Origin: Octopus sinensis
Lineage: Eukaryota
DNA: 64,000 nt
Direction of reading: 5' to 3'
NCBI RefSeq assembly: GCF_006345805.1
Contig: NC_043006.1
Coordinates: 7,502,001 to 7,566,000 of the forward strand
This document shows, piece by piece, positions 1 through 11,694 of the stretch; the stretch's first letter is position 1, and every line of letters starts with the position of its first letter. The position numbers and the translations under genes were made by a program. The notes under the pieces are model-generated. The model saw nothing but the letters and a program-made list of their open reading frames with translations, did not search any database and was not told the origin of the DNA.

Positions 1-40
1 ATTATTATTATTATTATTATTATTATTATTGTTATATATA

Positions 41-204
41 CGACGGGCTTTTTTCAATTTCTGTTTAGCAAATCCACTCACAAGTCTTTGGTTGGCCCGA
101 GGCTATAGTAGAAGACATTTGCCCAAGGTGCCGTGCAGTGGGACTGAACTCAGAACCGTGTGGTTCGTAAGGAAGCTACCCTCCACACACCCACTCCTAC
201 GCCT
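41..204 (-). mobile_element. SINE family B (tRNA-derived), head portion
   Basis: Reverse complement matches the head of the full copy at 7291-7726 (aggcgtaggagtgg...ccttgggcaa...gcccgtcg). Confidence 0.9.
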
Positions 205-974
205 ATATATGTGTGTGTGTGTGTGCGTGTGTGTGTGTGCGTTTGCGTGTGTGTGTGTGTATGTGTGTGTGTGTGGGTGTGTGTGTCTGATGTAACTTTA
301 GAATTGTGTTTCTGAGTTTTGCAGTCTCTCAGTAAAAATTGTACATTGAAAAATGTCACGGCATAACATTCCGAAGAACTGAATTGTCGACATCTGCAGG
401 AAAATGAATTTCACGTTTGCACAGGTTTTATGATTAAGCTAGTGCTTAGGATCGTGCACAGGGTAACACTGTCATCACTCTGCTAATTGGTTTTGTGGCT
501 GCAGCAGGTCAGGAATTTATGGAGGAAGCTTCTAAGCCTTTAACGTTCTTCAGCGAACTGAGGCAGGAGTAATAAGAAATACATATTGTTAATTTTATGA
601 TGATAAATAACGTCTATCGGGATTGATGTATTTTGAGATGTTGTGCATGAGAGCGACTGCTCATCGTGTGGGAAAATGTTTTCCCCAAGAAAGACGTTGT
701 CAAATAAAGCACAAGGAAAATGATGCGACCTTGTATGTTAAGGCTACTGTTTCTTCTACTTCGGCTGATTCTTCCCAGTGCTTAAACTCGCCTTCTATGA
801 ATACTAGTAGTATCGCCCGGCGTTGCTCGGGTTTGTTTCGACCCTTGAGAATTGGAAATATTGGAAAGTAAAAATGTTGCATTATGTAGCTTGTTGTTCT
901 CTTTAAGTGAACATTTTTCTGGTTGAAATACGCTGAAAAGCACCTTTTTGATGTAAATAATTTTGGGTGTTAAC

Positions 975-1110
975 ATGGTCCGATTTGAATTTTATCTTCT
1001 ACTCTCAATTTTGGTCAACTTGCGCCGCAGGGTCTCGGAGAAGATAGTGTTAGTTGTAGACGACCAAACCTGCCATACACAGACAACTTCTGCTTTATAT
1101 ATAGAGAGAT
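975..1110 (+). mobile_element. Possible Helitron/Helentron-type non-autonomous element, 3' end
   Basis: gtctcggagaagatag...gacgaccaaa...cagacaacttctgctttatatatagag resembles DINE/HINE-like termini; recalled similarity only. Confidence 0.3.
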
Positions 1111-1974
1111 GAGGATAAATTAAAATAAAGGTTCATGTTCTATACGTTCAGCGAGTTCTGAAAATTATGTCTATGGGAAAGTTGCCTCAAAAACTTCAAT
1201 TACATATTCGACTTGTCTCTGTTTGTATTCGCTAGTTTTCTATGGATACTTATTGATAAAGGGATTGAAATTGTTTGTTCTAGTTTTCTAACAAAAACCG
1301 CATAAAGTAAATAATGATATATATAACTTGTCTATATCTGAGACTTATAAAACTAAGTGTAAATAAACCTCATTACCCAAGGAAATGGTGTAATAGTACG
1401 ATTTCCACAATTGTACAGTACGTCCTTTCTACACAATACTTAAAATTTACGTGTTGACTTTAACTTAAAATGCATATTACTATTACTCAACACCTGTATG
1501 TCTAACCCTACTAATTAGTATAACTTGTATCTTTTTATGTTTCTGAATTTCTATTTTGCTTAGTGGTTTTCTAATCTCAATCCGAACAGAGTTGATTTTG
1601 CTCGGCAATTCTACATTGCAAGACAGAGATGTAGTAATGATAACTAAAATTGGTTTATACCTTTAATCTGTGAAGTATTTAGTAGTACATCTTTTTATCA
1701 TAAATTAGTTATAGGATGTGCAAAAATGCACCGATCGACTTCCATTTATTTTACTAACAAATTATTAGTGTCAATTGTAAAGCGCCAATAATACAAGTTA
1801 ACTTGAAAATATGGCTCCCTGAGTTTGCGTCTAAATCAATATTTCCTATAGTTTATACATATTTGATTATATCTCATTCTTCACTTTCCATATATGTATG
1901 TAACCATAACTTTAGTATAGTATATCCTAACATTAAGAATACATAGTGGGATATCTTGAAAGCGAATGAATTCT

Positions 1975-2066
1975 TTTACTCTAGGCACAAGGCCCGAAAT
2001 TTTGTAGGAGGAGGCCAGTCGATTAGATCAACTCCAGTACACAAATGGTACTTAATTTATCGACCC
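1975..2066 (-). mobile_element. SINE family A, 3' fragment (tail variant 2), fused to a family B copy
   Basis: Matches gggtcgataaattaagtacc...gggccttgtgcctagagta seen in other family A copies. Confidence 0.8.
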
Positions 2067-2163
2067 ATCGGTCTCTTTTGACGAACCACTAAGTTACGGG
2101 GACGTAAACACACGAGGATCGGTTGTTAAGCGATGTTGGGAGGACAAATACAGACACACAAAT

Positions 2164-2204
<41 letters not shown>

Positions 2205-2366
2205 CGACGGGCTTCTTTCAGTTTCCATCTACTAAATCCAATCACAATGCTTCGGTTGGCCCGAGGCTATAGTAGAAGACACTTGCCCAAAGTGCCATGC
2301 AGTGGGACTGAACCTGGAACCATGTGGTTGGTAAGCAAGCTACCCACCACACACCCACTCCTACGC

Positions 2367-2368
<2 letters not shown>
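2067..2368 (-). mobile_element. SINE family B, 3'-truncated, with internal (TA)n/(CA)n
   Basis: Homologous to 7291-7726. Confidence 0.9.
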
Positions 2369-2425
<57 letters not shown>

Positions 2426-2940
2426 AATATGTATATATATGTATGTATATGTATATATGTATAGATAAAAATATCCAGACATGCATGCAACATTTATATA
2501 TGAGCAGACATACAAACGAGGAGCATACCCACACAAATAAAAGATGCGCACTCCCACACAAGCACATAGACCGCCAGAGGCAGACAATTTCTTACCCAGA
2601 GACAAAGTCAACCACACGCGTAAACAGAGACACTGACAGCGATCTGTAAATCCCTTCCCAATTAAGCTTGCACTTCATTATGGAAGTTCCGACGAAACTA
2701 TAAGGTAGAGAGCAAGTAATCCGCTCTAAGGGAACTGCATCTTACAGCAGAAATATTCTGCTCTATTCTGATGAAAATTGCATAATTTCCTCTTCTTTCT
2801 TCATTTAATTCATTTCCTGTATTATTAATATATATGTGTGTGTGTTTATGTGTGTGTTTGTGTGTGTGTGTATGTGTGTACCCAAAGGAATGAATACCCA
2901 AAAGAACTCGGAATTTTGCAGTATTATTTTATTCACTTGA

Positions 2941-3250
2941 GGAGGCACATGGCCTAGTGGTTAGAGCAGGGGACTCGTGGTCGAGTGATTGCGGGTTCGA
3001 ATCTCAGACCGGGCGATGTATGTGTTTATGAGCGAAACACCTAAGATCCACGCAGCTCCGGCAGAAGGTTATGGCGACTTCTGCTGACCCTTTCGCCTCA
3101 AATTTCTCTCACTTTTAACTCCTGCATCTTGCAGCTCACCTGCGACGGACCGACGTACCGTCCAGGTGGGGAACCTATACGCCAAGGAAACCGGGAAACC
3201 GGCCCTTATGAGTCAGGCATGGCACGAGAAGGAACAAACAAACAAACAAC
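2941..3250 (+). mobile_element. SINE family C variant: tRNA-like head, distinct 3' body, (AACA)n tail
   Basis: A box tggcctagtggtta and B box ggttcgaatctc; head homologous to 33365, body differs. Confidence 0.85.
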
Positions 3251-3479
3251 AATTTTATTTACTTCATTTTTACATGTTTACACTTTTAACGCCTTCAGAT
3301 TATTCTCCATTCGATATAATATATCGGTCCTGACGCGATTTCCTCTGTTCGAATCAATCCCGGAGCTCTTGCAAAGTGATGCCTTTTGATGCCTCTTCCA
3401 CATCTCAAAAACTCTTTCTTTAAATTGCGTTTTTCATTCGGGAGAACAAAATAATTCGCAGAGAGAGAGTTCGGGTGAA

Positions 3480-3750
3480 CAGGGAGGGTGGGTAAATGAA
3501 CTCATGCTATTTTTGGTAAAAAAAAAAATCTCACTGCTATAACGGTTTGCGCAGGCGCAATGTCGTCATGAGACCACCACTCTCCACTTTGCCACCTTTT
3601 ATTCATTGAATTTGCCATAAAGGCAGTACATATATGTAGCTTTTGCGGGCTGGACGTAGACATTGATGGTATGAATGATGGTGATGGAACGAAGATGGTG
3701 ATGGAAGAAGACGCAAGCGCCCGCCGACTTCCGCTTCTCTAAGACAATGT
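3480..3750. promoter_or_regulatory. CpG-enriched promoter-like island with NRF1, CRE-like and ETS motifs
   Basis: TGCGCAGGCGCA at 3548-3559, TGTCGTCA at 3561-3568 and ACTTCCGC at 3727-3734 in non-repeat DNA. Confidence 0.4.
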
Positions 3751-3904
3751 CCTTTTTTCAAAAAAAATTAATAAGTCACAAAATTTTACAAAGGTCACAA
3801 TGAGGCAATGAACCTCTTTCTCAATATGATACAAAATCATTCAACAGGTTCAAGTTACCCGGCCGACCAGCGCTCTTGCTTCATTGAAGCAATCATTCTT
3901 TGTC

Positions 3905-4800
3905 AGGCCGTACCATACAGGTATAGGCGCTTTCGTTTCACCCCGTCACGCAAACGCTTCAGAACTTCCAAGTAAAAGGATTGGTACACAGTTTAACCAG
4001 GAGGAACAAATACTGTGTAGACAATACTTTTGCATCGATGAAACAGATCAGCATCGTCTTTACATTGGACTTCTCTTGTTTTTTGGTGCAAGGTAACGTT
4101 GAATGCTTCCGTTGACTTGACTGCTGCTTCGTTGCCGGGTCGTAGCCGTAGCACCAGCTTTCATCCCCAGTGGTAACCTTAGAAAAGAGTTCCAGGTCAA
4201 CTTTCAACTGTTCTTTCAGTTCATGACACGCATTCAGTCGTGACTGCTTTTGATCTTCCGTAAGCAAACGAGGTACACATTTTTGCTGCAACTCTTTTCA
4301 TACGCAGTTCCCCACTCAAAATTCGTTGCCAGGAGCTCCAGGACACACCAGTCGTATCAACAAGTTTGTCAATTGTTTGGTGACTGTCCTCCAAAATCAG
4401 TCTATGAATTTTCATGAAGTTTTCATTCGTTTGGGAGGTCAATGGTCACCTTGAACGAAGTTGGTCTTCAAGCAATAAATAACTATTCCTAAAGCGTGAA
4501 ATCCAGTCGTAAACTTGTGTGTTGCTCAAGGCGGCGACCGTGTAAGCTATCTGAAGCATGACAACTGTTTCGGCCGCTATTTTCCGCAACAGAAAACAGA
4601 ATTTCACAGAAGCTTGATCTTCCACCCTTTCAGTCATCGCAAAACTCGACGAACAGGGGAGAAGCACTGCAAAACAATAACCCACTAAGTGGCAGTTTAA
4701 CACCAGCGGATAACGCTGGTCGACAGACTAATGCATGACGGTCGCATTAAGTAGCTTCTAGCAGCGGAAGTATGAACTACAACAGGCTTGCCCCACGGTA
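3905..4800 (-). mobile_element. Mariner transposase pseudogene, frameshifted and 3'-truncated
   Basis: HTH (SVKFCFLLRKIAAETVVML), VPRLLTEDQK (WVPHEL-type motif), TGDESWCYGYDP (first catalytic D) and KTML; stops before the YSPDLAP motif. Confidence 0.93.
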
Positions 4801-6737
4801 AACGTTTCTGGTCAGCTTTTGGTACCTGCTCGTACAGATGTACATATGTATAAACACACACAGAAATGAAATCGCAGAAACATTCGACGCTTTTCATTAG
4901 AGTACTAGAGTACCATATTTATTAATTTTTACCAGGAGAACTAAAAATTGGACTCACCCACATTTTCCCTTGTCGAAATTGCAAATTGTGTGTGTGTGTG
5001 TGTGTGTGTGTACACGTATGTGTGTGTGCGTATGCATGTGTTAGTGAATGCGTATATCAGAGTGCCAATGATTTGCTCATATTAGCCCTACCAAATGTTA
5101 GCAGGCATGAAAATCAGGCCAGGAGGTCGCTCTCTTAAGTACTAAAGCAAGACGTGATTTTCTTGCTCCCACATACATATATAAATGTGTGAGTATGTGC
5201 GTATATTCGTGTGTACGTGTGTGTACATATAACTAATAACCGAATTCTAAAGACACAAATCATATCTTTTCTTAAAATAAAAATAAATGACAAATTAAGA
5301 TATTATCTATTGTCTGTATCCCCTGCAGGCAAAATAAAAGCAGGACATGATATATCTTAACGTCACCGAATTGATTGGATTACACCGAGATTATATGTAC
5401 TATTTTAAGAAAATATTCTTATTAGAAAACCTCGATATATAAAAGCAATTTCAGCACAATACTATTTGTCCATGTTCGTTAACGTTAGCTGAAGTATAAT
5501 GAGATCTAAAATGCATAAAACAAATTGTTTTGTTTAGCATCAGTTAAGAATAGTTGTTCAATAATAATTACCTCTAGCTATTCTAAACAATTAGTAAAAG
5601 AATTGTAATTGAAAACAAAATAATACGAATAAGAAGTACAATTATGTTTCACACATTTTCAATGATTAGTCATTGGAATGAAAGAAAAGTCAATTCATAA
5701 ATATAACGGTTACATTTTTCTACGAGTTTCTAAAATTGGAATTTATAGCTCCATCTTAATTGACTACAGGCTAAACTGGAATAACACATCAATAACTATT
5801 CACATTTTGCTTTCAGAGGATTAATTAACCTACATTTGGAGTTGATAAGTTTATCCTGTGGTTCTTAAGAGTGATATATGATGTCTGCATGGATACGCGC
5901 TCCTCCATACAGTTTTTTTTTTATTTTTAATAGCGAAACGCATTAGATTTAGTGTTTATCGTAACTTATACTGTTTATATTTTGAAGGTTTTTTTTTCTA
6001 TTTTAGTATGATCTGGGGATTTAAATGGACATAGTGACGTTTAGTTCGTATATATGTTTGTTTTATCTGAAAGTATGTGAACATTGGTTGATTTCGTTGA
6101 AGTTTGAATAATTACAGTTAGTAATTAAAACATATTACCCCACTTCATAGGCAATTTCTTTTCGATAATTTTCGGACATCTGATAACCCCTGGTCACTCA
6201 ATATGAACCAATAAACACCAGATTCAACAAACTACGCAGGTTAGCTGCCCTTAACCTGTAACTCGTTATCCTTCATAACTTTACTGCAGTGCAGATATTT
6301 TCGGCCTAAATTATTTTCGTCCAATTTCATCGCTAAAATCTGCTGGCGTTCTGCAGACGTATCACCACATAAAATAATCCATTAACAACTGTCTTTATTT
6401 ATTTGCTGGTTCAGCGGGAAAATTCTCTGATTATTCTCTTCTCATGCTTTTCTAAACAGGCTTATTTGAAGTCCCTCATGAACTATTGCTAGTCAACATC
6501 AACTTTGGTTGTTATTTACTCATTATTTTCCATCGGTCTCTTTCTCATTATATGTCTCATCATTAAAGGAGGAGTGATGCTCGTAACGTTGAGAGTTTTC
6601 CCAACGATACCAATTTTGCAAATGTTAAACTGTCATTTTCTCAATCTTTCCCCTCTTTATGGCTTTCATACTAATGATTGCTGCCCTTTTATATTATGGG
6701 TTGATTGTGCATGTGCACGTTTGTATGTGTATATATA

Positions 6738-6771
<34 letters not shown>

Positions 6772-6891
6772 CAGTGTGCGTGTGTATACCGGAGTTAGCA
6801 CATAAATGTGAAACAAAGTGGAAAAAAGAGTACTCAAATACCAGAGGTAGATAATATGCTTTATTTAAAAGCAGCAGAAATATAACAGAAG

Positions 6892-6929
6892 CTGTAACTC
6901 AGAGTTTCACGTTCCCGTTCGTCGGACAG
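6892..6929 (-). ncRNA. Minimal type I hammerhead-like motif (U4C variant)
   Basis: CUGU-CCGACGA-ACG GGAA CGU-GAAA-CUCUGAG-UU-ACAG: stems I-III all form, cleavage triplet GUU. Confidence 0.6.
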
Positions 6930-6944
6930 TTTTGTTAAAAAAAA

Positions 6945-6982
6945 CTGTCCGACAAACGGGAACGTGAAACTCTGAGTAACGG
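6945..6982 (+). ncRNA. Minimal hammerhead-like motif, probably inactive (G8A)
   Basis: CUGU-CCGACAA-ACG GGAA CGU-GAAA-CUCUGAG-UA-ACGG. Confidence 0.5.
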
Positions 6983-7038
6983 CTTTTGTTATATGTCTGC
7001 TGCTTTTAAATAAAGTATATATATTATATATATATATA

Positions 7039-7134
<96 letters not shown>

Positions 7135-7137
7135 GAT

Positions 7138-7281
7138 ATGGCCCAGTGGTTAGGGCAGCGGACTTCCGGTCGTAGGATCGCGTTTCGATTCCCAGACCGG
7201 GCGTTGTGAGTGATTATTGAGCGAAAACACCTAAAGCTCCACGAGGCTCCGGCAGGGGGTGGTGGCGATCCCTGCCGTACT
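7138..7281 (+). mobile_element. SINE family C head, truncated at the family B copy
   Basis: tggcccagtggttagggcagcggac...ccctgccgtact matches 33365-33515. Confidence 0.9.
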
Positions 7282-7290
7282 AAGGAATAT

Positions 7291-7456
7291 AGGCGCAGGA
7301 GTGGCTGTGTGGTACGTAGCCTGCTAACCAACCACATGGTTCCGGGTTCAGTCCCACTGCGTGGCATCTTGGGCAAGTGTCTTCTGCTATAGCCCCAGGC
7401 CGACTAATGCCTTGTGAGTGGATTTGGTAGACGGAAACTGAAAGAAGCCTGTCGTA

Positions 7457-7523
<67 letters not shown>

Positions 7524-7726
7524 TTGTGTGTCTGTCCGCCTAGCATTGCTTGACAGCCGATGCTGGTGTGTTTACGTCCCCGTCACTTAGTGGTTTGGCA
7601 AAAGAGAACGATAGAATAGGTACTGTGCTTACAAAGAATAAGTCCCGGTGTCGATTTGCTCGACTAAAGGCGGTGCTCCAGCATGGCCGCAGTTAAATGA
7701 CTGAAACAAGTAAACGAGTAAAAGAG
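7291..7726 (+). mobile_element. SINE family B, full length
   Basis: Pol III A and B boxes, internal (TA)n(TG)n, tail gtgctccagcatggccgcag...ctgaaacaag and (TAAAAGAG)-like repeats. Confidence 0.93.
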
Positions 7727-7730
7727 TATA

Positions 7731-7808
<78 letters not shown>

Positions 7809-8133
7809 ATACATATATATATATATATAAGAGAGAGAGCGAGAGAGCGAGCGATAGATAGATAACTCGTTTCAAAATAAAATTTGTCATCGTCGTTATT
7901 TCACCATAGTGGAATAGATCGACGACATTCTAATTGTAACGATCAAAATTTTACATTTTATCCAATGTAGCTGCAAAAACTACGCGATGTGTTTTGTGGT
8001 AGATTTGTCTTATTAGTTTAGACATATTATCTTCCTTTATTTCCATTTATGCGTGTACTCTCTTCCATGGTCTGCAGTGTAATTAGATATCTTACATATA
8101 TATATTATATATATATATATTATATATATATTA

Positions 8134-8808
8134 TATATAAGAAAAAAGGTTTGAAAATGCAATTTAAACGATGTTTATTTACTTAACCGGTTTCACTCTT
8201 TGGTAAAATATTGTCAAAAGTTACATTTAAGGAAACATTGAATAATATGGGTTCAAAAAAAGTTTTTTACATAATTGTCACATTGAATATTATGCATTCA
8301 AAAAAGTTTTTTACATAATTGTCACATTGGATATTATGAATTCAAAAATGTTTTTTTATACATAATTGTCACATTACATGTATAAATATAGTGTTTGGTA
8401 ACAGAGAAGTTCAATAGTGTGATGAGAATATTTGGGAAAATTTGGCAGAAAAGGATAAAACAAATATATTATTGGGAATTGGTTGCGTTAATTATTGGTT
8501 GTCGCAAATTGTCACATTACATGTATATATATATACAATCTTTGGTATATATATACAGCCTTTTGACAGCAAAAATTAAAATGGATTTTTTATACATCTC
8601 AGAATATTTAAAGTACAAGGCGAGAATATGTTTTTACTGACCTGTCGGTATTAGCAGAAAGGCTGAACTGAGAGAACAGAGGAAGTAGCCAATGTGGTGT
8701 ATACTTCCCCTTTATGCATGAATGATTTTGGGGTTATCAGGAGGTTAGTATGCGGGTGTGAATAGATGTGTCCGTGCCAGCTGGTCAGATAGCGTCTGTT
8801 TGTCACAC

Positions 8809-8841
<33 letters not shown>

Positions 8842-9700
8842 AAAACAACACACACACACACATAGTAAACAAACACTGTGTGTATATGTGATATATGTGG
8901 GTGCGTTGTGTGTGGGTGTGTGTGTTCTGTGTGTGTGTGTGTGTTGTTTGTATGTGGTGTGTGTTTGTTTACTATGTGTGTGTGTGTGTGTGTGTGTTGT
9001 TGTTGTGTGTGTGTGTGTGTATATGTATGTGTGTGACAAGCAGACGCTATCTGACCAGCAGGCACGGACACATCTATTCACACCCGCATACTAACCTCCT
9101 GATAACCCCAAAATCATTCATGCATAAAGGGGAAGTATACACCACATTGGCTACTTCCTCTGTTCTCTCAGTTCAGCCTTTCTGCTAATACCGACAGGTC
9201 AGTAAAAACATATTCTCGCCTTGTACTTTAAATATTCTGAGATGTATAAAAAATCCATTTTAATTTTTGCTGTCAAAAGGCTGTATATATATACCAAAGA
9301 TTGTATATATATACATGTAATGTGACAATTTGCGACAACCAATAATTAACGCAACCAATTCCCAATAATATATTTGTTTTATCCTTTTCTGCCAAATTTT
9401 CCCAAATATTCTCATCACACTATTGAACTTCTCTGTTACCAAACACTATATTTATACATGTAATGTGACAATTATGTATAAAAAAACATTTTTGAATTCA
9501 TAATATCCAATGTGACAATTATGTAAAAACTTTTTTGAATGCATAATATTCAATGTGACAATTATGTAAAAACCTTTTTTTGAACCCATATTATAAATGT
9601 TTCCTTAAATGTAACTTTTGACAATCTTTTACCAAGAGTGAAACCGGTTAAGTAAATAAACATCGTTTAAATTGCATTTTCAAACCTTTTTTCTTATATA
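8134..9700. mobile_element. Foldback-like element: about 740-bp inverted arms, 84-bp spacer, subterminal tandem subrepeats
   Basis: 8134-8876 is the near-perfect reverse complement of 8961-9700; about 45-bp units (cataattgtcacatt...ttcaaaaa) repeat near each end; mirrored ORFs appear in the track. Confidence 0.8.
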
Positions 9701-9729
9701 ATCCCACTCGTGCGATACCCCCAACTCAA

Positions 9730-9754
<25 letters not shown>

Positions 9755-9760
<6 letters not shown>

Positions 9761-10003
9761 TTAGTGAAGGGAAGAAATGGAGCTGAACGAAGATTCTACA
9801 GAATTTCTTTTATTATTTTCTACACATGTTTCAAAGGCCGCAAATTTCCAAATTCGGATTGAATAAGGAGACCATTTTGCAGCTTTCTCTTCAGGAAAAT
9901 CCGAATTTGGAAATTAGCGGCCTTTGAAACATGTGTAGAAAATAATAAAAGGAATTCTGTAGAATCTTCGTTCAGCTCCATTTTTTCCCTTCATTAAATA
10001 TAT
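9755..10003. repeat. Palindrome with about 105-bp arms and a 37-nt loop, derived from a PLE terminus
   Basis: 9755-9860 pairs with 9898-10003; the sequence is homologous to the PLE 3' end at 22450-22580. Confidence 0.92.
9815..9900 (-). ncRNA. Type I hammerhead ribozyme motif with intact core
   Basis: AUUUUC-CUGAAGA-GAAAGCUGC...GCGGCCUUU-GAAA-CAUGUG-UA-GAAAAU: 6-bp stem I, 8 of 9 pairs in stem II, triplet GUA. Confidence 0.7.
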
Positions 10004-10157
10004 TAAACTTCAATTATTCGCGCTAAGGCACGGTTGCGACACCCCATGGTCGTAACTTCAACCGTGTTTTTTCTGTTGTGATTTTTGCTACCCAGGTATC
10101 GGTTAAATTTTGAATAATCCGTAACAAGATAATTCATTTATCCATTTCAATAAATAA

Positions 10158-10219
<62 letters not shown>

Positions 10220-11464
10220 AATGCTCGTATCAATTAAAATCATTTCATTTTGACAAACATTATGATCTCAAGAAGTAATAAATAATGGCATGATAGCTAA
10301 AAATTGACAACAAAATCAAAGATAGGAATGTGAAACAATATTACTTGGTGTTGTGTAGTATATTGCTGCCTAATGGGTGGGAATGTTGTCTGTATTTGAT
10401 GTAATGCAAACGTTCATTGGTTTTAAACCGGATAGGAAAATGCAAAGACTTTCTTGGGTTCTTCTTTTAGGAAAATATGAAATACGTTTTAGAGATGCGC
10501 TATCGACCGCAATGTGCGATATTGATTTTTTTAAAAACTTGACAGACAAAAATTATTTTTAAATATGCCGCTTTAATTATTTTCTCATACTTCAACAAAA
10601 ATGTTTATCGTCATATTGCTAAATAAAATGATTTATTTAATCAATACCTGTCGAACTTGGAACTAAAATCTTCAACCTCTGTTACGCTGAAGAATATATT
10701 CTATTACACCTGACACAGCATTCGCTGTAAAAATCATCAAACATAACTTTTATTGAAATTTTAAAATGTATTTCCAGCTAATAATTTCCAAGTGCAATCG
10801 TTACATAGAAAAGTTTGAAAGCTTGTCAAATTTGAAGAAATTCTAGCTAACTTACACAAACCAATATTGATTTATTTCCAGTAGACACAAAAATATATGT
10901 TACAGAATTATTAAAATGGAAAACTCTGATGTTGACAACTTTTCAAGAATGTTTCCTACAGAAGAGTATAGAAAAGAACTTCATCTTGGAAATGTCAAGG
11001 AAATACGTTCTTATTCCGCCGCTTTTTTTAAAATCTACGTTATGATAAAGTATTGTTATAAATATATAATTCACCGAAGACATATCTACAGCTGTACTAA
11101 TACACTTATGTCTAATAATAATTATAGACAAAAGATAATGTAACATCGATATACTTTCACAAGGTAGAAAACTAAATTAAGTAGTGGAAGAGGATGACTT
11201 AGGTGACTGTATCTCACTATGTTGATGCTACTGATTTACTTAACCTGATGTCGAGAAAAGATAAAGTCAATCCAGCTGCATTACTAAACATCATACAGAA
11301 ATGACACAGAAGGTGAAATTCAGCATGATGTGGTATCTCAGCGATTGCTGTTGGGCAACATTACGTAAAATTTAGACTATTGTGTTGCGTTTGTACTTTT
11401 GGGGTTTTTTTGAAGGTATATTATTCAGCAATATACTAATAACGCACATAGTATCAAACTAACT

Positions 11465-11660
11465 TGCCCACAGCTTTTTAATATTTTTGCAAATAGTCTG
11501 AGAGACCTACACAAAGCAGATGTAGGTGTTTTTAAATCAAAACTGGACCTCTTCTTGTCGAGAGTCCCAGATGAACCTACATCGCAGCAAGAGGTGCAAA
11601 TGAGGGTAGCTACATCAAACTCCATTCTTCACCAAGTGCCATATATTGGAGGAGGCTCTT
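11465..11660 (+). mobile_element. CR1/L2-group LINE ORF2 C-terminal fragment, inverted relative to the neighbouring LINE
   Basis: Translates to QLFNIFANSLRDLHKADVGVFKSKLDLFLSRVPDEPTSQQEVQMRVATSNSILHQ, near-identical to 11765-11965 (-). Confidence 0.9.
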
Positions 11661-11694
11661 AAAGATATCACCTCCTAAAAACATGTTGAAATGT

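Larger units (their letters stand above)
6859..7015. repeat. Near-perfect palindrome with about 75-bp arms and a hammerhead-like motif in each arm
   Basis: ctttatttaaaagcagcaga...tctgctgcttttaaataaag; the arms pair almost to the centre. Confidence 0.95.

Noticed and set aside
330-976. Coding-like segment, piggyBac considered
   Set aside because: Only vague motif resemblance across broken frames.
10882-11143. Protein-like ORF MENSDVDNFSRMFPTEEY...
   Set aside because: No recognisable homology and no convincing donor site; two overlapping frames are similarly open. Unresolved.
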